Below are positions 37,508 through 46,951 of a stretch of 64,000 bases of DNA, in pieces. A program made the translations under genes and the position numbers. Each line of letters starts with the position of its first letter. Within the stretch, counting starts at the first letter, position 1. The stretch is from Candidatus Hodarchaeota archaeon (lineage in GTDB: Archaea > Asgardarchaeota > Lokiarchaeia > Sigyniarchaeales > SOKP01), in assembly GCA_048886685.1 (NCBI GenBank), contig JBHLKM010000011.1:104855-168854 (forward strand), written 5' to 3'. The notes beneath the pieces were generated by a model. It was given only the letters and a program-made list of their open reading frames with translations, was not told the origin of the DNA and ran no database searches.

Positions 37508-38167
37508 ATGGTAAATATTAAATCAATCGTTGATAGATTGCAGAAACATTATCCTGATGCTTCCCAAGTTGCAGTTGTTAATAGAGCTGGAAAAGTTTTA
37601 CATTCTAGTGGTAAATGGGATGTTAAGAGGGATATAAATGGAGTTCTCGATAACTGGACTAGTGGAAATGCCCAATTTGTCACTCTTGATGGTATTAGAT
37701 ACTCAATTCTACAAATGGAACCTGAACGATTTATCGCAACTAATCGAAAGAATGAAGGTCATCTAATCGGCGCGTCATCACCGGATGGAAATACACTTTT
37801 TATTGCCCATATTAGACCAAAAGCAAAAGGATGGTTCCATATGGCATATCCCGCTGTTGCTAGAGCTGCTGCTATGATGAAAAAGAAATCAGATTCAACA
37901 TTTATGGGAACAAAAGTCGATTTATCAGGTGTTAGTGAGACAAATGTAGTAGGAGCTCCAACAGGATATACTTCTTCTAATTTTCAAGTACAACAACCGT
38001 CAGTTGATCCTTCTCTTAAATCTGAAATTGAAGGTTTTTTACAATGGATTAATAATCCTCAAGGATTAGCTGGCTATATTGCTTATGCTTTACAGCAAAA
38101 TAATAATAAACAAATCTCTAGACTCGCTGAGTTTTATAATGAATTTTATCATATTTTCTACGATTAA
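37508..38167 (+). CDS. Asgard profilin-like protein with a C-terminal extension
   Basis: Residues 1-125 follow the Asgard profilin pattern (AVVNRAGKVLHSSGKWDV...VTLDGIRYSILQMEPERFIATNRKNEGHLIGA...FIAHI). About 95 extra residues follow. Confidence 0.72.
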   Translation: MVNIKSIVDRLQKHYPDASQVAVVNRAGKVLHSSGKWDVKRDINGVLDNWTSGNAQFVTLDGIRYSILQMEPERFIATNRKNEGHLIGASSPDGNTLFIAHIRPKAKGWFHMAYPAVARAAAMMKKKSDSTFMGTKVDLSGVSETNVVGAPTGYTSSNFQVQQPSVDPSLKSEIEGFLQWINNPQGLAGYIAYALQQNNNKQISRLAEFYNEFYHIFYD

Positions 38168-38357
38168 TTCATTCTAAAACGATAGCCCTTTAAGATAGAT
38201 TCATAAAAAGACTCGCTATTTGTTTGATAAATAGAAAAGAAAATTGTTTTATTTTAATGATTTTTTTGATTTTTAAAAGATTTCATAATTGTAACTTTTA
38301 TTATCTTGAGTAAATTATATTTTATTAATCTTAAATTCTAATCAAACTAGAGTAAAA

Positions 38358-39128
38358 ATGTCATTACCTTCAAAAAAAGCTATTCAAATAGATGAGAATA
38401 CCATAGATTATGAATACAAGATGTTAAATCATGTTATGCAACTCCGATATCATGAAGATAAATGTGTTGAATGTGGTTTCTGCACACGTGTCTGTCCCGT
38501 TACTGTTTCGATTTACGACGAACCATTGAAGAGGACAGCTATAGGAACTCCTGATTTTATGAAGATTGATTCCGATAAGAAGATCGTAGTTGATACTGAG
38601 AAGTGTGTCTGGTGCGGTAGTTGTACGTGGATCTGCCCTGGTTACACACTAGAATTATTTATCAATGGTGAGAAAAAGCTTAATCTTGTCGAAAATGGTT
38701 CTCTTCCAGAATTTGATGAAGAAGTTAGAACCTTGGAGAATGGAAATAAAGTTCGTAAGGTAGTAGAAGGATCTATAACTATTACTAGTACTGAGAAAGA
38801 TACAAAAGTACTAGATGCATTCTGTGATGAGTGTGCTGTTAGTGCGATGGAGAGAAAAGATAAAGAAATTGAAGTTGATAGGGATAAATGTATCTTATGT
38901 TTCAAATGCAATGAAGCTGCTCAGAATTATGATAATATAAGTGTTGATATACACAGAGATAGATTTAAAAACATAAAAGGAGATCCCTCATCTATTTGGA
39001 ATGGGATTATGCTAAGAGTTCTTGGAAAAGAGGGCAAAGTAAAAGGAATTTTGAGTAGAAGCCAAAATAAACTCGCAGATGCTGTAATTAGACTACTTGG
39101 TAGAGAAGAAACAGAAGAAGAATCCTAA
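38358..39128 (+). CDS. Polyferredoxin-type 4Fe-4S protein (FwdF-like)
   Basis: CVECGFCTRVCP, CVWCGSCTWICP, and a partly degenerate CDECAV / CILCFKC pair. Confidence 0.78.
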   Translation: MSLPSKKAIQIDENTIDYEYKMLNHVMQLRYHEDKCVECGFCTRVCPVTVSIYDEPLKRTAIGTPDFMKIDSDKKIVVDTEKCVWCGSCTWICPGYTLELFINGEKKLNLVENGSLPEFDEEVRTLENGNKVRKVVEGSITITSTEKDTKVLDAFCDECAVSAMERKDKEIEVDRDKCILCFKCNEAAQNYDNISVDIHRDRFKNIKGDPSSIWNGIMLRVLGKEGKVKGILSRSQNKLADAVIRLLGREETEEES

Positions 39129-39223
39129 TTTCAATTAATTTTATTTATACTTAATTTTTCATCTTTAATACCTCTTTTTAGATATTATAATTCATAAAAA
39201 GAGCCAAAATTTGTGAGTGAGAT

Positions 39224-39715
39224 ATGAAGGAATCCCTAAAACAATGGTTAGCACATCATAATATTAAATATATCTTACACACTCATCCTGCTGTTTTTAC
39301 GGTACCTGAGGCTAAAATACATAGTGGTCATATTCCTGGAACTCATTGTAAGAATCTATTTCTCAAGAATAAGAAATCAGGACAATTATATCTGGTAACC
39401 ATACCTTATGATAAACGTCTAGACTTAAATCAATTTCGTAAGCTGATTGGTGCTCCAAAAGTTCGCTTTGCTGGACCAGAAGATCTTTCAGAAAAATTGG
39501 ATATAACACCAGGGGCTGTATCCCCGATTGGATTAGTAAATGATACTAATGACGAAGTTATATTCATGGTTGATGAAGAAATATGGAATGCAAAGGAGGT
39601 ATGTTGTCATCCAAATATTAATACCGAAACTTTACAAATTCCTGGGTCCGAATTCCAAAAATTAATTAAAGCTACAGGTACTTCAATTGAAATACGAAAA
39701 CTCCCATGTCTTTGA
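39224..39715 (+). CDS. YbaK/ProX (PrdX) aminoacyl-tRNA editing protein
   Basis: HPAVFTV, HCKNLFLKNKK, ITPGAVSPIGL, HPNINT. Confidence 0.9.
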   Translation: MKESLKQWLAHHNIKYILHTHPAVFTVPEAKIHSGHIPGTHCKNLFLKNKKSGQLYLVTIPYDKRLDLNQFRKLIGAPKVRFAGPEDLSEKLDITPGAVSPIGLVNDTNDEVIFMVDEEIWNAKEVCCHPNINTETLQIPGSEFQKLIKATGTSIEIRKLPCL

Positions 39716-39792
39716 AAAAATTCTTACTAAGTTAGTTTAAATTTATATTGTTTAGTAATGGTAAAAGAAATTAATATTAAAAATATATAAAT

Positions 39793-41013
39793 TTATTCCA
39801 GATAATTTAAAGCTACAAGAGCATAAATCTTTGTAAGTTTTATCAAATCCTCAATATATAAAAATTCATCCTCAGCATGAACATTATTGTCCCCTCTTGT
39901 ACCTCCCACTAATATTGTTTCAATTCCTCTTTCTTGAAACCAGTGAGCATCTGTGGTTGCTATGAATAATTTAAAACCTCTCTCTTCACTAAATACTGTT
40001 TTAAAAGCATCTTTCACGGCTTTGGCAAACTCTGATTTCTCATTAATAACTTGAGGTTCATAAGCAATAGGAATCTGTACAGATATATTTAATAATGGAT
40101 CTTCTTTTTTCATTTTCTCGACAAACTCTAAAATCTTATGCTTTAAACTTTTAATATCTTGCTCTGGTATAGTGTTTATACTAGTTTGCAAAATACATCT
40201 ATCTGGCACAATAGATATTTTTGTACCACCATCAATAACAGCTAGGTTCACATCGCTTACTTTAGAAGAGTAACTAGGAGGTAACGGGTATTTTGTTATT
40301 TTCTGATTCAATTCTTTTTTCAACTCTAAAAGGAAATCCATTATCTTGACCATTCTTTGAATAGCATTTATCCCCGAATATTCGTTCCGATAAGGTTCTG
40401 GTAAATCTGGGAATTCCATACCATGAGTTTGCTTTCCTTCAATTATGAAAATAGGAAACATCCCACCACCACAATAACCGATCGGATACCCAAATGGCGA
40501 GTCTCCTAATAAACATGCGTCTCCTTTAAGAAGTTTTCTACGTAACAAATATTCAGCTCCAGATAAACCACCAAGTTCCTCATCTCCAACTGCGGTTAAT
40601 GTCAGATTCCCACTAAATTCTGGATTAGTTTCTAATATTGCTTGGATGGCAAAAATCTCTGCGGTTACACATGATTTATCATCTGAAGCACCTCGACCAT
40701 AAATTTTACCATTAATAATTTCTCCACCAAAAGGATCTTTAGTCCAACCTTTAAATGCTTCAACAGTATCATAATGCCCATAGAATATCAGAGTACGCTT
40801 GTCATTATTCCCCATTTTTGCTACAACGTTATTATTTCTAATCAGGACTTCAAGACCGATCTCTTCCATTTTATTAGCTATAAATAAGGCGATTTCCTTA
40901 TAATTACCAGGAGGATTTTCAGAAGGAATTTGTACAATTTGCTGATGGAATTTTATTATTTCATCCCGTAATGAGTCTATCCGTTCGAATACACCTTTCT
41001 TTAGATCTTCCAT
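39793..41013 (-). CDS. M20 metallopeptidase (ArgE/DapE family)
   Basis: GHYDTV, GRGASDDK, DEELGG, TDAHWF, HAEDE. Confidence 0.9.
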   Translation of the reverse strand: MEDLKKGVFERIDSLRDEIIKFHQQIVQIPSENPPGNYKEIALFIANKMEEIGLEVLIRNNNVVAKMGNNDKRTLIFYGHYDTVEAFKGWTKDPFGGEIINGKIYGRGASDDKSCVTAEIFAIQAILETNPEFSGNLTLTAVGDEELGGLSGAEYLLRRKLLKGDACLLGDSPFGYPIGYCGGGMFPIFIIEGKQTHGMEFPDLPEPYRNEYSGINAIQRMVKIMDFLLELKKELNQKITKYPLPPSYSSKVSDVNLAVIDGGTKISIVPDRCILQTSINTIPEQDIKSLKHKILEFVEKMKKEDPLLNISVQIPIAYEPQVINEKSEFAKAVKDAFKTVFSEERGFKLFIATTDAHWFQERGIETILVGGTRGDNNVHAEDEFLYIEDLIKLTKIYALVALNYLE

Positions 41014-41023
41014 ATATATCAGT

Positions 41024-41815
41024 TTAAGTGAATTTTTTATATAAATCTAATATGAAATCGTCTAATTCTTTCATGCTTTTTTTTTCTGTAGCGTAGGCCA
41101 CCTTAGCGCAATCGTCCTCTAAATCGAAACATGATTTAATAAAAGCTTTATTCATGATTGTTAACATCGATTTTATAAAGAATAAAAACTCAGTCTGATA
41201 TCTACTTAATTGTTTAACAAAAGAAAGAGTTTCAGTCTCAAGTTGATCTAATGGAAAAATTCTCGTCGGGAAGTTAATGTTTTTTAATTCTTCAATTCCA
41301 ACTTTATCGGTCGTATAAAGTAAATTTTTTGCATAATTTAATCCGAAGGCTAGTAATGGCAGAAGAGTCGCTCCAGTTTGTGGAAAAGCTTGAATTGTAA
41401 TTTCGGGAAGCCTTAAGTATAACTTTTCTTTAGGACGATCGGCAAAAGTCTTTAAATCACTGGCTAATATGACCATAACACCAAAGCCAACCGCGATACC
41501 TTGTATTTGAGTTATAATAGGTTTCTTCAAAAGAATCATAGTTTGATTTACCTTTCTTCCCCATTCTGTAATTAATGATACATTATCAGGTGATCCTTGG
41601 ATTTCCTTTAAATCATAACCAGCTGAAAAGAATCGCTGCCCTACAGTTTTTATTAAAAGACATTTAATCTTTTCATCTTGGTCTGCCTTAATCAAATTTT
41701 CATGTATCGATTTTAACATCGATATATTACAGGAATTGGCCTTATCTGGTCTATTTATAGTAATTGTTGCTATACGTCCTATAACTTCATATAATATTAA
41801 TTCTTGATCACTCAT
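41024..41815 (-). CDS. Enoyl-CoA hydratase/isomerase family protein
   Basis: ITINRPDKANS, FFSAGYDLKE, KKPIITQIQGIAVGFG, LPE. Confidence 0.87.
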   Translation of the reverse strand: MSDQELILYEVIGRIATITINRPDKANSCNISMLKSIHENLIKADQDEKIKCLLIKTVGQRFFSAGYDLKEIQGSPDNVSLITEWGRKVNQTMILLKKPIITQIQGIAVGFGVMVILASDLKTFADRPKEKLYLRLPEITIQAFPQTGATLLPLLAFGLNYAKNLLYTTDKVGIEELKNINFPTRIFPLDQLETETLSFVKQLSRYQTEFLFFIKSMLTIMNKAFIKSCFDLEDDCAKVAYATEKKSMKELDDFILDLYKKFT

Positions 41816-41884
41816 AATATTTTTAACTTAAAATGTAATTTAAAATTCATTACAATTATATAGACCAACGTAAACTTAAGAATT

Positions 41885-43432
41885 ATGACTGAAAAAGTTA
41901 AAATACATGGAAAATGTGAACCTCGGTTTAAGGCGGTTAAGGATGCTTTCACAAGAAACTTTGAAGAGGGGCTGGAAGTTGGAGCAAGTTTTGCTGTAAC
42001 AATTAATGGTAAGTATGTAATTGATATTTGGGGAGGGTATAAAGATAGAGAAAAAACTCAACCTTGGGAAAAAGATACGATATGCAATGTTTATAGTACA
42101 ACTAAGGTAATGACAGTAATATGTACTATGATGTGTGTAGATAGAGGACTCTTGGACTTGGATGAAAAAGTCGCAACCTACTGGCCAGAGTTTGCTCAAA
42201 ATGGTAAGGAGAACATCTTAGTTCGACATCTCTTAAGTCATACTTCTGGTTTAGCAGGGATAGAAAAACCAATCCCATTCAGTGCATGGTATGATTGGGA
42301 TAAAATTGTAAATCTTTTAGCGTCACAGAAACCATGGTGGGAGCCAGGCACTAGGTCTGGGTATCATGCTTTTACACATGGATATTTATTGGGAGAGCTA
42401 GTTCGTAGAACTACTGGGAAATCACTCGGGACATTTTTTAGAGAAGAAATTGCAGATCCTCTTAATGCTGATTTCTTTATAGGTTTACCAAAAGAACATG
42501 TACCTCGTGTTAGTAAATTGATACCAGTTCGTACTTCCATTTTCTTCATATCATTCATTCTTAAAACACTTTTTGATAGGATTAATAATTTAGAAAAAAT
42601 AAAGAGAATAATTGAAAACTGGGATAAAATCATCTTATTTGATATGGGAGCTCAAAATCTTTTTACTTTAAAAATTCAAAAAGGTAAAATAAGTTTTAAT
42701 AAGGGAAAACTTGAGAACCCCGATTGTATCATTACCACATCAAGAAACACAGCAAGAATATTATATTGGCTATTTTCTATTATAAATGAAGAACCAGATT
42801 TTGTTTCTAAACATTTGAAGATGGAGGGTAAACCCAAAAACATTTCACAAGTTAAAAAATTGTTTGAATTAATTGGTGAAGAACTCCGAAAATCAGGACC
42901 AGTTGGTTTAAAATTGGCATTGAATCCTGTTGCCCTAAGAGATAGGTCGAGTGATCGGGAATGGCAGGTTGCAGAGATACCAGCTGCCAATGGTCATGGA
43001 AATTCTAGATCGGTTGCCAGAATCGCATCCATAGTAGCTTGCGAAGGTAAAGTTGATGGAATAAGATTTCTTTCCAAGCAAACTATAAAAAAATTACTTG
43101 AAGAACAAATTTCCAATAGAGATCTAGTTATGCCATTAGAATTAAGATGGGGTTTAGGAGTTGGTCTACCAAATAAAAGTTATCCATTTCCCAATCCACG
43201 TACATGTTTTTGGGGAGGTGCTGGGGGTTCTACAATTACAATGGATTTAGATACAAAAATGAGCGTCGCTTATGTAATGAATAAAATGGAAACACCTCGT
43301 TATATTCATAATGGAGAAATTAAAAATAGAACTTTTACTCGAGGTGGACGTCTAATTAATGCGGTATATGAAGTATTAGGTTTTGGAGATGTAGGATTAG
43401 GTCGCATTAGTCCAGGTCAATTAAATATCTGA
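41885..43432 (+). CDS. Beta-lactamase-family serine hydrolase/esterase with an internal SCP2-like domain
   Basis: SxxK YSTTK, LLSHTSG, PWWEPGTRSGYH, EIPAANG, WGGAGGS. Insert of about 120 aa with an SCP2-like pattern. Confidence 0.85.
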   Translation: MTEKVKIHGKCEPRFKAVKDAFTRNFEEGLEVGASFAVTINGKYVIDIWGGYKDREKTQPWEKDTICNVYSTTKVMTVICTMMCVDRGLLDLDEKVATYWPEFAQNGKENILVRHLLSHTSGLAGIEKPIPFSAWYDWDKIVNLLASQKPWWEPGTRSGYHAFTHGYLLGELVRRTTGKSLGTFFREEIADPLNADFFIGLPKEHVPRVSKLIPVRTSIFFISFILKTLFDRINNLEKIKRIIENWDKIILFDMGAQNLFTLKIQKGKISFNKGKLENPDCIITTSRNTARILYWLFSIINEEPDFVSKHLKMEGKPKNISQVKKLFELIGEELRKSGPVGLKLALNPVALRDRSSDREWQVAEIPAANGHGNSRSVARIASIVACEGKVDGIRFLSKQTIKKLLEEQISNRDLVMPLELRWGLGVGLPNKSYPFPNPRTCFWGGAGGSTITMDLDTKMSVAYVMNKMETPRYIHNGEIKNRTFTRGGRLINAVYEVLGFGDVGLGRISPGQLNI

Positions 43433-43641
43433 TAATTCTTTTTCTCAAGTTTTTCAATTTTTTTAATATTCTTGGCTACTCGTTATATCTTTAACTTAAA
43501 ATTAGCGATAAAATTCATTACAATTACCATAAAAGATATATGAAAGAGTAGAAATCGAAAACTAAAAAATTAAAAAACTATCTACCACATATTTAGATTG
43601 TTATTTCAAATAATTTGAACTAATTTAAAAAAGTGAGAAAG

Positions 43642-44649
43642 ATGGCAAAAAGAGTCGCAATTAATGGTTTCGGAAGAATTGGTAGATTATTTTTCAGAGC
43701 TGTATACGATAATTTCTGGAATGATATTGATATCGTTTCCATCAATGATCTTTTTGAACCAAAATATTTGGCTTATGCTTTAAAATATGATTCAGTCTTC
43801 GGAAGATTTAAAGGAAAAGTAGATTCTACAGATAACTCTTTGATAATTGATGGTAAAAATATACCTATCACCGCAGAAAGAGATCCCGCAAATTTACCTC
43901 ATGCCAGTAATAATATTGATGTAGCAGCTGAATGTACTGGTCGATTTGTCAATAGAGAAGGGGCAAGTAAGCATTTAACTGCAGGTGCTAAAAGAGTATT
44001 AATTAGTGCTCCAGCTACAGATCCAGATATAACTGTAGTACTTGGATGCAATGATGATAAAATTAATGGTGATCATAAGATTATCTCAAATGCTTCCTGC
44101 ACGACTAATTGTCTTGCACCTGTAGTAAAGGTTTTACAGGACAATTTTAAAATAAAATATGGATTAATGACAACCATACATTCATATACTAATGATCAAA
44201 CTACAGGAGATATAGCAAGAGCAGGTTCTCCAGATAAGATGATAAGAGGAAGAGCAGCGGCAGCAAATATGATTCCAACCTCAACGGGAGCAGCAAAAGC
44301 TATAGGATTGGTCTTTCCTGAACTGAAAGGAAAATTAGATGGTATAGCAGTTAGAGTTCCCACATTGGATGGAAGTGTCGTAGATTTAAAAGCTATAGTT
44401 GAGAATCGATGTAGCGCAGAAGATGTAAATGCAAAAATGCAAGAGGCTGCTAATGGAAGTCTAAGAGGGATTTTGGACTATGTTGATGATCCTATTGTAA
44501 GTAGTGATATAATTGGAAATTCAAATAGCTCAATATTTAATAGTCTTTGGACTAAAGTAATTGAGGATCAAATTTTTGTCTTGAGCTGGTATGATAATGA
44601 ATGGGGTTTCTCTAACCGTATGGCTGAATTAATAGTTAAAAAGTTATAA
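43642..44649 (+). CDS. gap: Glyceraldehyde-3-phosphate dehydrogenase, class I (bacterial/eukaryotic type)
   Basis: INGFGRIGR, SNASCTTNCLAP, TTIHSYT, PTSTGAAKA, RVPT, WYDNEWGFSNR. Confidence 0.95.
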   Translation: MAKRVAINGFGRIGRLFFRAVYDNFWNDIDIVSINDLFEPKYLAYALKYDSVFGRFKGKVDSTDNSLIIDGKNIPITAERDPANLPHASNNIDVAAECTGRFVNREGASKHLTAGAKRVLISAPATDPDITVVLGCNDDKINGDHKIISNASCTTNCLAPVVKVLQDNFKIKYGLMTTIHSYTNDQTTGDIARAGSPDKMIRGRAAAANMIPTSTGAAKAIGLVFPELKGKLDGIAVRVPTLDGSVVDLKAIVENRCSAEDVNAKMQEAANGSLRGILDYVDDPIVSSDIIGNSNSSIFNSLWTKVIEDQIFVLSWYDNEWGFSNRMAELIVKKL

Positions 44650-44665
44650 ATATTCAATATTATTA

Positions 44666-44686
44666 TTTTTTTTTTTCTTTCTTTTT
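44666..44686 (+). terminator. Probable oligo-T terminator after gap
   Basis: Long T tract 16 nt after the stop codon. Confidence 0.5.
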
Positions 44687-45008
44687 ATTATTCAGTCAAA
44701 TTCCATTTGAGAATTATAAAAAAACCTAAAAAAAAAGTACATAATTTCGTTAAATGAATTACAATCTCATGGCTTCTCAAAGAATTTCGGATAATCATTG
44801 AAAATAATTGGAAAAATAGATTAGGCTCAAATCTTTGATAGATTTTTAAATTTCTTAATTTAATCAAAAGAGGTACTAAATTTAAATTTGTAAGAATAAT
44901 TACATTCTTCTTTAGCTAGTCGACAACCGGTTTCTCTATAGGAGAGGTAGATTTTAATAGTGATTCTGCTATGGATAAATCTCTTTCTTTAAGTTGAGAA
45001 TAAAAAAA

Positions 45009-45698
45009 TTATTTTTCTCTTTCTTTTTCTTTTATATACTTGAAAAATGCTTCATCCTTTTTTTTCTCTTCTTCAGTATATAGTAAGTCATGCTTTATCG
45101 ATTTAACTATTTTAACTATAGCATAAATTAACACAATCATGCATACAATGTCCAGGACTTCAAGCCAAATAAGTGGATATTCTGTTTGATAAGAAATTTC
45201 TGATGGAGATAAAGGTACAAAATAGCTTACATCAAAGTTTATAGTCTCGTTCTGAACTATTCCTTGAACATTAAATTTTGCAATTGCATTTCCTACAACA
45301 GTGATATTGTCATCCCCATCAAAATAAAAGGTGTAATTTGTACTAAATGATGTAATAGGAGGATTTAAATTTCTTTCATTAAATTTTGATGTCATACTAT
45401 TTACATAAATATAATAATAAATATATGAGATTCCTATATTTTCTACATCTCCGTTTGAAGTTGTATGTAATGTGAGAGTTCCAGAATATCTCTCTTCTTC
45501 TTGGTAATCAATTCTTAAATTTACTCTTAAACCCCCAGATCCTTCACTATAATTAACCACATAATTATCTCCAAGATTAAAATCTCCTATTCCAAAAAAA
45601 TCTACAAAGTTTAACAATAAGGGAAGTATTATTATTGTTAATATTAGTAAACTAATAGAAATGATCAGAAAAAAAATCTTCCTTTTTCTAACCTTAAT
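45009..45698 (-). CDS. Membrane-anchored hypothetical protein (N- and C-terminal TM), probable ATT start
   Basis: The frame stays open upstream of TTG 45617 and encodes (I)KVRKRKIFFLIISISLLILTIIILPLLLNF. GGAGTGG lies 6 nt before ATT 45698. Confidence 0.65.
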   Translation of the reverse strand: MKVRKRKIFFLIISISLLILTIIILPLLLNFVDFFGIGDFNLGDNYVVNYSEGSGGLRVNLRIDYQEEERYSGTLTLHTTSNGDVENIGISYIYYYIYVNSMTSKFNERNLNPPITSFSTNYTFYFDGDDNITVVGNAIAKFNVQGIVQNETINFDVSYFVPLSPSEISYQTEYPLIWLEVLDIVCMIVLIYAIVKIVKSIKHDLLYTEEEKKKDEAFFKYIKEKEREK

Positions 45699-45914
45699 TT
45701 TAACCCACTCCTATTCTTAATATAATCTCTACGTAAAATTTTTTTTTAAAGAAATTTAATTATGATGTTAATATTTAATTCTAGAAAATATCAAGAAAGT
45801 AATATTAATAAATTATAGGTTTCAAAAATTATAGATTCAAAATATAACAGAAATATTTTATTTAATTGAATAAAAGAATAATCCTTTTAAGGATCTATAA
45901 ATAATAAACAAACC

Positions 45915-46841
45915 ATGGATCTTAGCTCTGGAAAACCAATTGAAATTACAGATAAAGACCTATTTGATGTATATTTTCATAAAAATCCTCCAGAAAATTC
46001 TGAATTTACATTTACAAACCTGTTTATGTGGAGGAACTATTACAATTTTTTATTTATGGAATTTAAAGAACATATAATATTATTTTCTAATGATTATTTG
46101 AAAAATCGAAGAAATCCAATTAACACGGATTCTAAAGATTATTTATATTTCTTCCCTCCAATTGGTTCAAATCCAGATAGAATTATCATCGAATTATTTG
46201 AGAACAATAGCAATATAGAAATCCATAGAGTTCCTGAAAAAATTTGCGAAAAAGTAACTCAAAATGAGAAATTCAACAAATTAAACATAGGTATTCTTCA
46301 AGATCGCAATAATTGGGATTATATTTATAACAAAGAAGAAATTCTTAATCTAGCTGGAAACAAATATAGACAAAACCGAAGGTGGCTACAAAAATTCTTA
46401 AACAATTATAATTATGAATTCCAATCAATAACAGAAGATCTAATTGAAAAATGTAAAGAACTTCAATTGGAATGGTGTATAATGAGAGCTTGCACTGAAG
46501 ATGAAAGTCTAGAAGCAGAGCAAGAAGCTATATATGAAGCGTTAAATAATTTTGAAGCTCTTGGTTATAGGGGGGGATTAATTTGTGTTGAAGATAAGTG
46601 TGCTGCTTATACTTTTGGTGAAATGTTAAATGATGGAACTTTAGTAATTCATATAGAGAAAGCTCATGCGGAATATGATGGTGCTTATCAAGCAATCAAT
46701 AATTTCTTTTTAAAGAATTGCTGTGAAGATGCTATTTATGTTAATAGAGAACAAGATCTAGGAATAGAAGGTTTAAGAAGAGCAAAAGAGTCATATAAGC
46801 CAATTAATATGATAAAAAAGAGTATTATATTTAAAACCTAA
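45915..46841 (+). CDS. DUF2156 / MprF-C-like tandem GNAT-fold protein
   Basis: SEFTFTNLFMW, DRNNWDYIY, LAGNKY, IHIEKA, YVNREQDLGIEGLRRAKESYKP. Confidence 0.9.
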   Translation: MDLSSGKPIEITDKDLFDVYFHKNPPENSEFTFTNLFMWRNYYNFLFMEFKEHIILFSNDYLKNRRNPINTDSKDYLYFFPPIGSNPDRIIIELFENNSNIEIHRVPEKICEKVTQNEKFNKLNIGILQDRNNWDYIYNKEEILNLAGNKYRQNRRWLQKFLNNYNYEFQSITEDLIEKCKELQLEWCIMRACTEDESLEAEQEAIYEALNNFEALGYRGGLICVEDKCAAYTFGEMLNDGTLVIHIEKAHAEYDGAYQAINNFFLKNCCEDAIYVNREQDLGIEGLRRAKESYKPINMIKKSIIFKT

Positions 46842-46951
46842 ATTACATTCTAAAGATCTTAAACTTTCGCAATTTTAATAAAAAATCGCTTAGATTTATA
46901 TTTTTAAAATTTCTAAGATCATTATAACTTGTACTAATTTATGTGGTATTA

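Noticed and set aside
38165-38226. Imperfect hairpin after the profilin-like gene, with ATGA...TGA on the minus strand resembling a SECIS core
   Set aside because: The upper helix is only about 4-5 bp, and there is no UGA-interrupted gene on that strand nearby.
44700-45005. Intergenic stretch with short coding-like minus-strand frames
   Set aside because: No start codon or recognisable motif, so it cannot be supported as a gene or RNA.
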